Shown in pieces: positions 1-9,144 of a stretch of DNA of 32,613 bases. Origin of the DNA: a phage; NCBI GenBank assembly GCA_033178465.1, contig GCA_033178465.1_4726.5, one strand, 5' to 3'. The notes below the pieces were generated by a model that saw nothing but the letters and a program-made list of their open reading frames with translations, made no database searches and was not told the DNA's origin. The first letter of the stretch is position 1, and every line of letters starts with the position of its first letter. Position numbers and translations under genes: made by a program.

Positions 1-255
1 GACAATGACTTCTACACGGAAAACGTGAAAGTCTTTGGTTACAGCATGATGGGTGGTGTATTTAGCGCCGCGACGAACACGCTTAACTTCGGTACCCAAC
101 AACTGATTCAGTTCAGTATCGAAAAGGGTAAACTGAAAACAGCGTGGAAAGGTAGCGCTGCATACACGCCAACCGATCTTCTGCTTACTTCCGCAGAACA
201 GCATTTAAAAGCAAGTAAATCGGGTCGTGCATTTCTGGAGCAATTAGATCAATGA
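1..255 (+). CDS. hypothetical protein, probably 5'-truncated by the window edge
   Basis: Track ORF 25..255; the frame stays open back to position 1 with no stop; stop codon overlaps the ATG of the next gene (ATGA). Confidence 0.45.
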   Translation, partial: DNDFYTENVKVFGYSMMGGVFSAATNTLNFGTQQLIQFSIEKGKLKTAWKGSAAYTPTDLLLTSAEQHLKASKSGRAFLEQLDQ

Positions 256-809
256 CCCCACCCATCTTCTTTATGTCGGATACCCATTTTGATAGCGAGC
301 GTACATGGACGTATTCACGCCGTCCGTTCGCAAGCGTCGCCGATATGAACCAGCATATGCTGAAAGCCATCAACAATCTTCCAAAGAACAGTGTGTTATG
401 GCATTTAGGTGATTGGGGTAAGTTTGAGTTCGTGGAAGCCATTCGTTCTGATATCCAGGTTCAATTGGTAATGGGGAATTGGGACGAAGACGCATACAAA
501 GCAACAGGATTAAGCTTTGAAGCATGGCGTGATAAATTGCTCGGTATGGGGTTTGCTGCGGTTTATGAACACCCGCTGGTGTTGCCGATTAGCAACGACG
601 AATCCTACTGGCTATGCCATAAGCCCAGCGAAAGAAACCCAGGCTACTTTAATCTATTCGGTCATATTCATCGCTGTATGTTAGCGAAAGCCAACGGACT
701 TAATGTTGGCGTTGATCAGCATTTTTATGCACCGATTAGTTTAGACACCGTGCGTTTTTGGCGTAATGCGATAGAAAATCATTACGACGAAGAAGTATGG
801 ATGGAGTGA
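252..809 (+). CDS. calcineurin-like metallophosphoesterase (Ser/Thr phosphatase-like)
   Basis: Metallophosphoesterase motifs in order: MSDTHF (D-x-H), LGDWG (GD), GNWD, GHIHR (GH-x-H); ATG overlaps upstream stop. Confidence 0.8.
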   Translation: MTPPIFFMSDTHFDSERTWTYSRRPFASVADMNQHMLKAINNLPKNSVLWHLGDWGKFEFVEAIRSDIQVQLVMGNWDEDAYKATGLSFEAWRDKLLGMGFAAVYEHPLVLPISNDESYWLCHKPSERNPGYFNLFGHIHRCMLAKANGLNVGVDQHFYAPISLDTVRFWRNAIENHYDEEVWME

Positions 810-818
810 TTGTTAACC

Positions 819-838
819 GCCCTCCCTTCGGGGAGGGC
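819..838 (+). terminator. GC-rich stem-loop (GCCCTCCC-TTCG-GGGAGGGC) followed by TTATGCTG box; terminator-like or regulatory
   Basis: Perfect 8-bp stem with UUCG-type tetraloop immediately after the stop of 252..809; no clear U-tract. Confidence 0.4.
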
Positions 839-875
839 TTATGCTGCGTTACCAGCACCTGTTAAGGAGATAAAG

Positions 876-1151
876 ATGTCTCGATCATCGACACAACCTG
901 ACCCCTGGAAGCGATTTCTTAAGGAGCTTCATTATCATGTTGCAGCTCGACCGGGTTTGAGCGCACACCAAATGGAAATCGTTCTACGGGCGTTACTCAC
1001 ACGACACCCTCAAGTTACACGTATTAAATCATTCATTGGATCTGGAGAGTTCTATGCTTGCAAAAACTGTTTTAGCCATCGTGACCATTACATCTACTTC
1101 TATTATCGCGCGGTTCCTTCGTCGATGACGGGTCGCGGCGTGGATTTTTAA
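876..1151 (+). CDS. hypothetical protein
   Basis: Track ORF 810..1151 trimmed to the ATG at 876, which is preceded by AAGGAGA (865-871); the upstream TTG start would lie in the hairpin. Confidence 0.55.
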   Translation: MSRSSTQPDPWKRFLKELHYHVAARPGLSAHQMEIVLRALLTRHPQVTRIKSFIGSGEFYACKNCFSHRDHYIYFYYRAVPSSMTGRGVDF

Positions 1152-1200
1152 CGCACGCGGCTATGGTAAAAATTAACGGTTTTTCATGTTCGTATAGGAC

Positions 1201-1662
1201 ATGAAAACAAACAATAAAGGCGTTAGAATGAAGAATTCCATTGTTCGTCACGATTCGGATCGCGGGTTTTTTATCGATACGGATATCCTTCACGATATTT
1301 ATTTCAACGATGATCGTGAATTAGCTGAGCTTGTAGACCAGCGCTCGGAGACAATCATCGCCGCCGGAGGAATATTTAAACCTCAGCGATGGGAGGGGCT
1401 TGATGTGAGTATCCGCCCCACCATCAGCCGAGAAACGCCTTTTGAATTACTCTTTATTTTCTCACCCCGATCGTTACCCGATGAGCAGCCGACAACGTTA
1501 TCCTTAACGGCTGAAGTTGGTTATTGGTCGTACCATATCGAACAAAACGGTGTGGTACGTGAGGGTACGCTCGAACCGTCAGAATTAAAGAAGTTTCTTG
1601 GTACAGTCAAAGACCAAGAACGTAAACGTAACCGTGCAATACGGAAACAAAACCGGAATTAA
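1201..1662 (+). CDS. hypothetical protein
   Basis: Track ORF; alternative in-frame ATG at 1228; no recognisable motif. Confidence 0.5.
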   Translation: MKTNNKGVRMKNSIVRHDSDRGFFIDTDILHDIYFNDDRELAELVDQRSETIIAAGGIFKPQRWEGLDVSIRPTISRETPFELLFIFSPRSLPDEQPTTLSLTAEVGYWSYHIEQNGVVREGTLEPSELKKFLGTVKDQERKRNRAIRKQNRN

Positions 1663-1717
1663 TTTATTAGCAATCTCGACCACAGAAATCGGTCACTTTT
1701 AATAGGAATCGAAAAGA

Positions 1718-2239
1718 ATGAAAAAGTTGTTTCTTGCGGCTTTATTTGTTACGGCATCAGCACATGCTTGGGATTACAGCGAGCTGGAAACCGGACACGC
1801 TAAACTAGGCACGATGTATACCTGGTCATCGGCGGAAGTCAGCGCACCAACCGCCTTGGAAGTTAACTGTTTGTCTACGGGAGGCGCGTGGGTAAAACTG
1901 GATACGGAAGATGAAGGTTATCAGGCACCTCTTCTTCGTGACTATCCGGGTATCGTTAAAATCACGATTGGAACCGCTGAAGGAATCAGTTATTTCAATG
2001 GAGAAACCGATCTTAACTTCTGGTCGAAGGGCGGACAACAACGTTTGGTGAACTTCGTTAATGAACTGAACCAGGCGTTGACCATTTCAGTGTTAACCGA
2101 CGACGGTAAAACTTATCGCGTTCGTCCGATCGAACCGGAGATGCGGATTGATGTCCGTAAATGCCCAGCGGGCGTGCCAGCAATGGTTGATCCCAACACG
2201 CGTACTGTACGTACACCTGAAGAATTGAACGCACTTTAA
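1718..2239 (+). CDS. secreted protein with N-terminal signal peptide
   Basis: N-terminus MKKLFLAALFVTASAHA-W has a basic n-region, hydrophobic core and AxA cleavage site. Confidence 0.6.
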   Translation: MKKLFLAALFVTASAHAWDYSELETGHAKLGTMYTWSSAEVSAPTALEVNCLSTGGAWVKLDTEDEGYQAPLLRDYPGIVKITIGTAEGISYFNGETDLNFWSKGGQQRLVNFVNELNQALTISVLTDDGKTYRVRPIEPEMRIDVRKCPAGVPAMVDPNTRTVRTPEELNAL

Positions 2240-2254
2240 CATGGAGGAAGGTGG

Positions 2255-2518
2255 ATGGATACGCCCATCCACCTTCACGAGGCTATTATGGCGAAGAAAC
2301 CAAAGAAACGTAATAAGAGATACAATCCGAATAAACGTTCGAAGTTTACGCTGGTTTACATGACGGACACTGAGTTCCAGGAAGCCAATCGACGTCATCG
2401 TTGTCTACGGGAAGCTTACCTCAATGAACATGGCTCTAAGGTTCTAACGGCTGCTGACGATGTTCCTGAAGAACAGTTTACCGATATTCAGTTATTCTTA
2501 TCAAAAGGAATTCAATAA
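2255..2518 (+). CDS. hypothetical basic protein
   Basis: Track ORF; GGAGGA 8 nt upstream of ATG; lysine/arginine-rich N-terminus KKPKKRNKRYNPNKR. Confidence 0.5.
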   Translation: MDTPIHLHEAIMAKKPKKRNKRYNPNKRSKFTLVYMTDTEFQEANRRHRCLREAYLNEHGSKVLTAADDVPEEQFTDIQLFLSKGIQ

Positions 2519-3474
2519 TGAAAACGCTTATTGATACGACATGCCCTCATTGCGGACATGACATTTCGTTAGCATCGATTCGTTACGATATGTTTTCGGA
2601 TATGCCGTTGCCGAACACGTGCTATGTTTGTACTAACTGCTTGAAAACCGTAAAGGTATTTGTTGTCGATAATAGCGCAGAACGCCATATTTCGTTTTTG
2701 CCATCGGATGAAAAACACGAAGCGATTTGGTCGATTATTTTCTCTAATACAACTCGCCCAACCAATCCGTTTGTTTCCAGCACATCGATGGCTGTTGATG
2801 TCGATTGTTTTATGTCTGAGTTAACCTTGGGCACCGTCGAATATATTAACGCGATCGCTGATCTTTATATTGGTCAGTCGTTGAATCAGGGGCATCTGTC
2901 ACCAAACGGGACTCTCTGCATCGAAGGAGACAACTACGAAGAGGCGATGTCGCATTACCGCACGCATCTGACGATACCCATGCGTTACATTAGCGATATT
3001 CAAGAAGCCGCACTTTTCGCAACCGATCTTGCGTGGTTATTTAATGCGGTTATTCATCAAGCAAATGATGGTACGTTGTTGCAGAAAGTTGATGGTAAGA
3101 TCGGCTGGTGTCATAGCGTGCGTAGTGCGGTTATGATCGATTACTTATTACGTAATCGGTGGATTGCTCAACTGTTTAATTATTGGTATCAATACGTCTT
3201 GGATTATGACGTTGAGCCGGTTCTTTACAGTGCTGATGGTAGCGTCTGGTTGTCGCACGGGTTTGTTAAAGGGCTGGATGTTGATGAACCCCTGTTCCTC
3301 TATCCAAGAGGATTTCGGGAACTAACGTTTGATGAGGCAATGGAACTGTTAAAACAGGATAACCCCGTCAACTACCATGAAGAGAACGCTCGTCGATTCA
3401 GTCCTGATCGTAAAGCGACGAATCTGTCCGACAGCAATGCTTCGATAATTCCAGCAGATCGTGTCTTGCATTAA
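2518..3474 (+). CDS. hypothetical protein with N-terminal zinc-ribbon
   Basis: CPHCGH ... CYVCTNC gives two C-x2-C pairs near the N-terminus; start overlaps upstream stop (TAATG). Confidence 0.6.
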   Translation: MKTLIDTTCPHCGHDISLASIRYDMFSDMPLPNTCYVCTNCLKTVKVFVVDNSAERHISFLPSDEKHEAIWSIIFSNTTRPTNPFVSSTSMAVDVDCFMSELTLGTVEYINAIADLYIGQSLNQGHLSPNGTLCIEGDNYEEAMSHYRTHLTIPMRYISDIQEAALFATDLAWLFNAVIHQANDGTLLQKVDGKIGWCHSVRSAVMIDYLLRNRWIAQLFNYWYQYVLDYDVEPVLYSADGSVWLSHGFVKGLDVDEPLFLYPRGFRELTFDEAMELLKQDNPVNYHEENARRFSPDRKATNLSDSNASIIPADRVLH

Positions 3475-3489
3475 CAAAGGGGTCTCGGT

Positions 3490-4332
3490 GTGAAAATTAG
3501 TTATCAGGAACAGGATCATCGCTGTAAACATTGTGATAAAGATCTTAGTAAACCGATGCTTGCAGCATACGGTCAACACGAACCAACGGTGGTATGTGAT
3601 GACTGCGCAAGCCGCTACTCACTTGTGCGTGAGGGTGACGATGAGGGTATCCAACTTAAGCTACGTGATACCCATGAACATCGACTTCGTGTTGTCGCGG
3701 TACTGGCTCCACCGTACCAGAAAGGGGAACCACGTAAAGCGGCATGGACGTTCGCGGAGTTCGATGTGGCGATTGATAAACCGATTACGAAAGGTCTTTC
3801 ACCGTTCAACGATATCGTTGAGTATAACAACATCAAGAACGCGGTTGCTGATTTGCTTCCATTATCACCACACAGTTGTGTCTATGGGGTTGGAACGTTA
3901 CCGCAGGTGTGTTGTGTCTTACCACGAGAAACATATATATCGTTAGGTGCCCGACAACTGATTAAGTTCTTTGGGGTATACGACGATATGCTGAGTAAGA
4001 TCGGTGAGCTTCTGGTTACCATGTCGAAAACCAAAGACGTTAGCCGGAAGAACAAAGATGTGCGTATTAGTCATGCGGTTTGTGCGCATCTGATGGCGGG
4101 GTCGATGTGGTTGGGTGATTACGCTAACACGGTTATTAGCCAGCTCCCCATTTCGTACGAGGTTGTGTTTAAAGACGGCGTGTTCTACGGCGTGCGTCGT
4201 AAAGATACGGCTTTCCAGCTGAAGAATATCATTCTCGACCTACCTATCGATCATCTTATCGCCAATGTTATTTCTGATCCCTCACGCGTTGTCGACATGA
4301 TACGTGGAAAACTAAAAGGTAACCCAGCATGA
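3490..4332 (+). CDS. hypothetical protein with N-terminal zinc-ribbon
   Basis: GTG start after AAAGGGG; CKHCD ... CDDC pairs of cysteines at the N-terminus. Confidence 0.55.
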   Translation: MKISYQEQDHRCKHCDKDLSKPMLAAYGQHEPTVVCDDCASRYSLVREGDDEGIQLKLRDTHEHRLRVVAVLAPPYQKGEPRKAAWTFAEFDVAIDKPITKGLSPFNDIVEYNNIKNAVADLLPLSPHSCVYGVGTLPQVCCVLPRETYISLGARQLIKFFGVYDDMLSKIGELLVTMSKTKDVSRKNKDVRISHAVCAHLMAGSMWLGDYANTVISQLPISYEVVFKDGVFYGVRRKDTAFQLKNIILDLPIDHLIANVISDPSRVVDMIRGKLKGNPA

Positions 4333-4640
4333 AACGACTATCTGCAAGACAGGTGTCGTTGTGTTACTACGGAATGGAGTACGATGCCTTAGCAAAATTG
4401 TTTCGTCAGTATCTTGAAGATCATCACCTTACCAACGACGATCTCTTTTCCTACTCTTATTTGAATTACCCAATTAACATGATACGTTATTCGGAAGCTG
4501 AAGGCGAGTACCTGGTGGTCGCTTCTGTTATGCGTTATCTGTTAATTGATCTATACAAACGTCTGTACCTGCCGGAGAGACTACGTATGCAAGAAACATT
4601 AAGGAGACTTCATAGTGAGCGTTCTACGGGAAGCGTTTAA
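4329..4640 (+). CDS. hypothetical protein
   Basis: Track ORF, ATGA overlap with upstream gene. Confidence 0.55.
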   Translation: MKRLSARQVSLCYYGMEYDALAKLFRQYLEDHHLTNDDLFSYSYLNYPINMIRYSEAEGEYLVVASVMRYLLIDLYKRLYLPERLRMQETLRRLHSERSTGSV

Positions 4641-5211
4641 GTTCGTCGCTGGAGAACAGACCGACGATGATATTCGGCGATTCATGGCGTATATCGCACC
4701 GCTGAGTCACGATGGGGTTCCAGGACATAATGTGTTCCTGCCGCTGAGGGGTGTTTCGACAACAGCCGCCTATGTCCGTCTGTTAACAGAGATGTTGCGG
4801 ATTAGCGAGCATCCTGGCGGCACCAACCGTGTTAGCTTGAAAGGGCTTGCTGAGCAGTTATCTTACATGCCTGTTATCCGTGAGAAACCATCATGGGCGG
4901 AAGAACGTCGCGCGTTAACCCTGATACGCAATCTGGATTCTGATGCTTGGCGTGAGAACCTCATCACGTATTTGTTGATCATCAAACGTCGTCAGAAACC
5001 GGCGAAGAGTCTGCTCATTATTGATGATAAAGACCCGAACGTCGATTTGGTTGAGATCACACGAGCAATAAGCGCGTTGACCGGTGAATCAATCAATCCT
5101 AAACTTGAACCGTTGGACGCAATCCGTCAGATGGTCAGTGTGTTATCTGGTAATACTGCGTTTGTCAATATTTGTAGTAATTACGATAAAGAAAAGGAGG
5201 GTATACGTTGA
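4615..5211 (+). CDS. hypothetical protein
   Basis: Track ORF; GTG start preceded by AAGGAGA; overlaps upstream gene end. Confidence 0.5.
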   Translation: MSVLREAFKFVAGEQTDDDIRRFMAYIAPLSHDGVPGHNVFLPLRGVSTTAAYVRLLTEMLRISEHPGGTNRVSLKGLAEQLSYMPVIREKPSWAEERRALTLIRNLDSDAWRENLITYLLIIKRRQKPAKSLLIIDDKDPNVDLVEITRAISALTGESINPKLEPLDAIRQMVSVLSGNTAFVNICSNYDKEKEGIR

Positions 5212-5549
5212 TAGACAGTATTGAACTTAATGAAGAGCAACCATTATCGGTTGTACAACAACTTTTAGCGCAGCATGAGCTTGTTTGGTCGGAAGAGCGT
5301 ACGCCATGTGAAGAATGTCGCTATAACCACGTTGTCGCTGAGACCGTTTTTGGTTCTTTAACTATCGAATGGAAAGGTTGGAAGGATTATACCAGCTACG
5401 ACTGCGATTTACCTTTCCCAGTCAACGAGGAGTTTCCGCACATCAACGCAGATAGTTTAGATGAAGCGAAAGCAAAAGTAAAAGCCTGGTACGACTACGT
5501 GATATTAGCTGGACTTGGTCTGGCTGCTAATAAACCAGAACTGAACTAA
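5208..5549 (+). CDS. hypothetical protein
   Basis: Track ORF; TTG start preceded by AAGGAGGG. Confidence 0.5.
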   Translation: MIDSIELNEEQPLSVVQQLLAQHELVWSEERTPCEECRYNHVVAETVFGSLTIEWKGWKDYTSYDCDLPFPVNEEFPHINADSLDEAKAKVKAWYDYVILAGLGLAANKPELN

Positions 5550-5574
5550 TTTGATTTCGATGAGGTATAATAAA

Positions 5575-6804
5575 ATGGCTTTAACCATCACAATCGACAA
5601 TAAAGAACTTAATCCCGCAGAAACATTAATGTACGCGGCAATTGCGACATTACCTAATCTTGACGCTGAAAAACTGTTTAAGGTACACGGCGATGATCTA
5701 CTCAACATTATCCATGATCAGATCGACCCGATAACACCAGAAGAAATAAAGGGGAACAAAGAACTCCACGAAGAAATTAAAAGAGGAGAGTATTATACGT
5801 ATCACGGTTTCATGACGTTATTTCAAGAAGATACGTCGCATCTTCACGAGATAACACTTCGACATTATCTGCGTTGCGCTATTTACCGACTGATGAATCA
5901 TCGTGAAGAAACACATAAAGCGCTGGCCCAATCGTTCCAGGAACATATTTTTGAGGCTCCATACAAACCGTTAGATATCTTTTATATCTTTTACTCAATT
6001 AGTTGTTGTGTCAACGACCAAGTAATGTTGCTAATTAAGCAGAACTACCGTGAACTTATACCTTTGCTAAGTAAATTGGGTATTGATTTAGTAGCAGAGA
6101 ATATAACATTCTCCCAGTTCATCCAAGAGACGTTCCTTGGTGCTAAGCTAGCACCACGATATGAGGGACGCTTTGATTTTTCAACGGTAGAGAAGCCCGC
6201 TTTTTGTCTGGATGTTGAGAATCTCAGTCTGGAAAAGAACGGGGTACTGCTGGAAATCGGTATGGTGTTCTTTGATCTAGCTAACCCAGAATCTGTTATT
6301 AACGGCCCACGTATAGATATCTTCCCTGACATTCATGGTCAAATCGCTGACGGTGGTCGTATCAGTGAATCAACAGTAGAATGGTGGCAAACCAAAGCAC
6401 CGAAGGAAGCGCGTGACTATTGTTTTCAACATTGTAAGGTGGTGGGTTATAAAGAAGCCATCACCGAAGTAAACGTGTTTGTTAACACAATTCGTGATGT
6501 GCTTACTGATTACTACGGTAAGGATACCTTCTATTATCTTGCTCGTGGTGAAACAGATTGGCCTCAATTAGAGCATTGGTTCCGTAAAGCAGGCTTTAAG
6601 CCAGTTTGTCGTTATAACCAGGTTCAGGATATTCGTTCGATGATTGCCGCGTATCAAGACAAACCGGTATCCATCTTAGGCACCAAAGAGTATCCAGATA
6701 TGGGTATTCCGTTGATCCGTCATACCGCTATCGGTGACGCGATCATGGATGCGTATGACGTTGCGATGGCGCGAAGCATGGCGGTGTCTAAGCTTTTGAA
6801 GTGA
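5575..6804 (+). CDS. DEDDh-type (DnaQ-like) 3'-5' exonuclease domain protein with N-terminal extension of unknown function
   Basis: Track ORF 5551..6804 trimmed to the ATG at 5575 after GAGGT; C-terminal half has Exo I-like FCLDVEN (D-x-E) and Exo III-like HTAIGDAIMDAYD (H-x4-D). Confidence 0.6.
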   Translation: MALTITIDNKELNPAETLMYAAIATLPNLDAEKLFKVHGDDLLNIIHDQIDPITPEEIKGNKELHEEIKRGEYYTYHGFMTLFQEDTSHLHEITLRHYLRCAIYRLMNHREETHKALAQSFQEHIFEAPYKPLDIFYIFYSISCCVNDQVMLLIKQNYRELIPLLSKLGIDLVAENITFSQFIQETFLGAKLAPRYEGRFDFSTVEKPAFCLDVENLSLEKNGVLLEIGMVFFDLANPESVINGPRIDIFPDIHGQIADGGRISESTVEWWQTKAPKEARDYCFQHCKVVGYKEAITEVNVFVNTIRDVLTDYYGKDTFYYLARGETDWPQLEHWFRKAGFKPVCRYNQVQDIRSMIAAYQDKPVSILGTKEYPDMGIPLIRHTAIGDAIMDAYDVAMARSMAVSKLLK

Positions 6805-6855
6805 TAGCATCCTGCGCAATGAATATGACGATGATCGTTTATTAAAGGAAAGAAG

Positions 6856-7170
6856 ATGTCTGAAAAGCATATTGAGATTCTTGATGCAGCCATCGCTTCG
6901 AAAGATAGCGGTACATTCATCAAAGCGGTATTTGTAGAGCAGCGTAATAACCCAGCAACGCTGAATAAAATTCGTGATGCAATCGCATTCCGTCTTACCA
7001 AGTCAGATATTTCTGATGCGGATAAAACAACGATGCGTAAATTACGCGACGATCTTAATGCATACATCGCCCGTGGTTGTACAGATAAAACCGTTCGCGA
7101 GGTTCTCGATTCTAACGTGAAATACGAATCCGACTTCAAGAAGAACGGTTCAACACCGAAAACAGAATAA
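6856..7170 (+). CDS. hypothetical protein
   Basis: Track ORF; AAAGGA 7 nt upstream of ATG. Confidence 0.55.
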   Translation: MSEKHIEILDAAIASKDSGTFIKAVFVEQRNNPATLNKIRDAIAFRLTKSDISDADKTTMRKLRDDLNAYIARGCTDKTVREVLDSNVKYESDFKKNGSTPKTE

Positions 7171-7179
7171 CAGCATATT

Positions 7180-7211
7180 CCCTCCTCCAACCCGTAAGGG
7201 AAGGAGGAGGG
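7180..7211 (+). terminator. GC-rich stem-loop (CCCTCCTCC..CCC-GTAA-GGG..GGAGGAGGG) followed by TTATGTTCG; terminator-like or regulatory
   Basis: 9-bp outer stem, AA/AA internal loop, 3-bp inner stem with GNRA-type tetraloop, directly after the stop at 7170. Confidence 0.4.
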
Positions 7212-7233
7212 TTATGTTCGTATTGAGGTTAAC

Positions 7234-7533
7234 ATGCTTGATCGTGAACGATTGAAGAAAACGACAAAGCTCCTCGATGAGTTCAGAACCGCAGGTGAAT
7301 TCGAGAGCTTCACTAAGAACCGGGCTATCGTTCGGTTCCTTCTTTATTTGTGTTGCGTTGATTCGTCGGAGCGGGTTAGCCATAGTTGCCCTCTGCTCGA
7401 CGAAAATCGTATTCCGCTGTACAAAGCCGAAGAGTTATGTGCGTTTTTGATGAAATTCGGTGTTTTCTGCAACAGATATCGTGGTGATAGATCCGATGGG
7501 TATCTCGTCGAATTTAATGTCTTGTTTCAGTAA
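7234..7533 (+). CDS. hypothetical protein
   Basis: Track ORF, cysteine-rich, no recognised motif. Confidence 0.5.
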   Translation: MLDRERLKKTTKLLDEFRTAGEFESFTKNRAIVRFLLYLCCVDSSERVSHSCPLLDENRIPLYKAEELCAFLMKFGVFCNRYRGDRSDGYLVEFNVLFQ

Positions 7534-7607
7534 AACATTACCAAAATAGACTATCTAATGAGGTGAAATTCCTCAATACTACTACTAGGACTACTAAGGA
7601 ATAAAAC

Positions 7608-8141
7608 ATGAGTGTTATCGTAAAAGTAATGGGCAACTGCGATACTAGCGACCGTAACAATGCAAAACCGTTTACGTTGCATGTGGTGCCTGACCGTTTG
7701 ACAACTATCGAATTCAATCGTGATTCACTGGGTAGACCGACACTGGAGTTCGTCGCTCATGGTGATAAGGATCAACGATTTATCGATTACCCGGGCGGTA
7801 ACGTTTACGTGATGGACAACGGTAATACCATCGCAACGTATGCCTATTCCTGTGGTTTTGGGAAGGATGATGTTGACCGTATGTATGCAGACGTCCGTGC
7901 TACGACGTATGGGGAAGTGCTGGATGCAAGTGGTAAACTTGACGATAACCTCATTCGTGCGTTGTTGGAAATACGCTTAATCGATCGTGATATAAAACAA
8001 ACGCGTCACATCGAGTTTGTAAAATCAGACAATCCTAACTTTGTTAGTCACGTAAATCGTCTTTTACAAGAGTTGTTTACTGGTAAATTAACAGCATATT
8101 ACGCCGGTGCGAGCGGCAAAATCATCGCGATCGTTAAGTAG
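7608..8141 (+). CDS. hypothetical protein, paralog of 8227..8775
   Basis: AAGGA upstream; N-terminus ...NNAKPFTLHVVPDRLTTIEFNRD...YAYSCGF aligns with the next gene. Confidence 0.6.
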   Translation: MSVIVKVMGNCDTSDRNNAKPFTLHVVPDRLTTIEFNRDSLGRPTLEFVAHGDKDQRFIDYPGGNVYVMDNGNTIATYAYSCGFGKDDVDRMYADVRATTYGEVLDASGKLDDNLIRALLEIRLIDRDIKQTRHIEFVKSDNPNFVSHVNRLLQELFTGKLTAYYAGASGKIIAIVK

Positions 8142-8226
8142 TAATCCCTACGAGGGGGTGGATAATACCTCCTCAATTTGTTGTACTATCTATCATTTCT
8201 ATTATCTATTATCATGAGGTTCTATT

Positions 8227-8775
8227 ATGTCTATGTTCTTGAAAATGATGAGCGGTTACGATCTCCCTGATGAGAACAACGCAAAGCCTTGTACGATTCT
8301 ACCGCTTTCGGATAAATGTAAAATTGATTTTGGTCGCGACGAGTACGGCGCACCTGTTGTGACCGTCGCTTATGAAGACGGAACAGTCGAGAGTTATCAT
8401 CCCGAAGGGAATACTTACCTCACCGAAGACCGTCGCACGATTGCAGCTTATTCTTATTCTGAGTATGTGTCGCCTGGTCGTCGTATGACGGTAGAGTCTG
8501 CGATGAAAGACCTTAAGCACTACGATGAATACGTACAGTTCACAACCAATAGCCGGATCGTACATTTTCTATCCGTGTTGGCTGGTGTTCCTCGCGGGCA
8601 AAACATAACCCGTAAATGTCGTCTATCAGCTGACGATCGTATCGGAGCATCAGTCATCGATAAACTTAGCGAGTTTATCGTGGATATGGGCTATTGCTTC
8701 GTTGGTTATACCACGACAAATCCGATGGGTGATGAAGTTATTTACGTTCTCGAATTCGCTGTCCTTGTGAAATAA
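8227..8775 (+). CDS. hypothetical protein, paralog of 7608..8141
   Basis: N-terminus ...NNAKPCTILPLSDKCKIDFGRD...YSYSEY aligns with the upstream gene. Confidence 0.6.
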   Translation: MSMFLKMMSGYDLPDENNAKPCTILPLSDKCKIDFGRDEYGAPVVTVAYEDGTVESYHPEGNTYLTEDRRTIAAYSYSEYVSPGRRMTVESAMKDLKHYDEYVQFTTNSRIVHFLSVLAGVPRGQNITRKCRLSADDRIGASVIDKLSEFIVDMGYCFVGYTTTNPMGDEVIYVLEFAVLVK

Positions 8776-8786
8776 GTTGATTGATG

Positions 8787-8809
8787 AAGCCTCCCGTAAT
8801 GGGAGGCTT
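8787..8809 (+). terminator. rho-independent-like terminator (AAGCCTCCC-GTAAT-GGGAGGCTT) followed by TTTATGCCG
   Basis: 9-bp stem followed by T-rich CTTTTAT, 12 nt after the stop at 8775. Confidence 0.5.
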
Positions 8810-8940
8810 TTATGCCGCCTTATCCCGTCCATCAAAACTAACGGATTTTAAGAATTCTCTGAAGCCGGGAGAACCGACGTTGTAAGTAATTAGGGCGTCT
8901 CGACAAAACTCTATTTACTTTTACGACGAGGTGAACAACG

Positions 8941-9144
8941 ATGTTAACGAAGGAATCCAAGAAGAACATTGAAGCGTGGATTTTTGATGATGTGTCGTTG
9001 AATCTATCATTGGATCCGAAGGTTCGTGGTTTACAAGCCGATTTCGCGTATAACGTGTTACATGGTTGCCGCTACACGTTAAGCGATCCTAAATATCGTT
9101 ATAAATTTCAGGAACTACTTGAAACACTTAGAGGATTAAAATGA
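8941..9144 (+). CDS. hypothetical protein
   Basis: Track ORF; GAGGTG upstream of ATG; stop overlaps the thyA start. Confidence 0.5.
   Translation: MLTKESKKNIEAWIFDDVSLNLSLDPKVRGLQADFAYNVLHGCRYTLSDPKYRYKFQELLETLRGLK

Noticed and set aside
810-875. TTG start of track ORF 810-1151 and GTG start of 10175-10501 lying inside intergenic hairpins
   Set aside because: These starts would put the first codons inside stable stem-loops with no RBS; downstream ATG or GTG codons with Shine-Dalgarno sequences (876, 10208) are preferred.
8811-8940. Possible tRNA or small RNA in the 165-nt gap upstream of 8941
   Set aside because: No cloverleaf-compatible sequence (no T-loop GTTCRANYC-like box or acceptor pairing) was found by eye.
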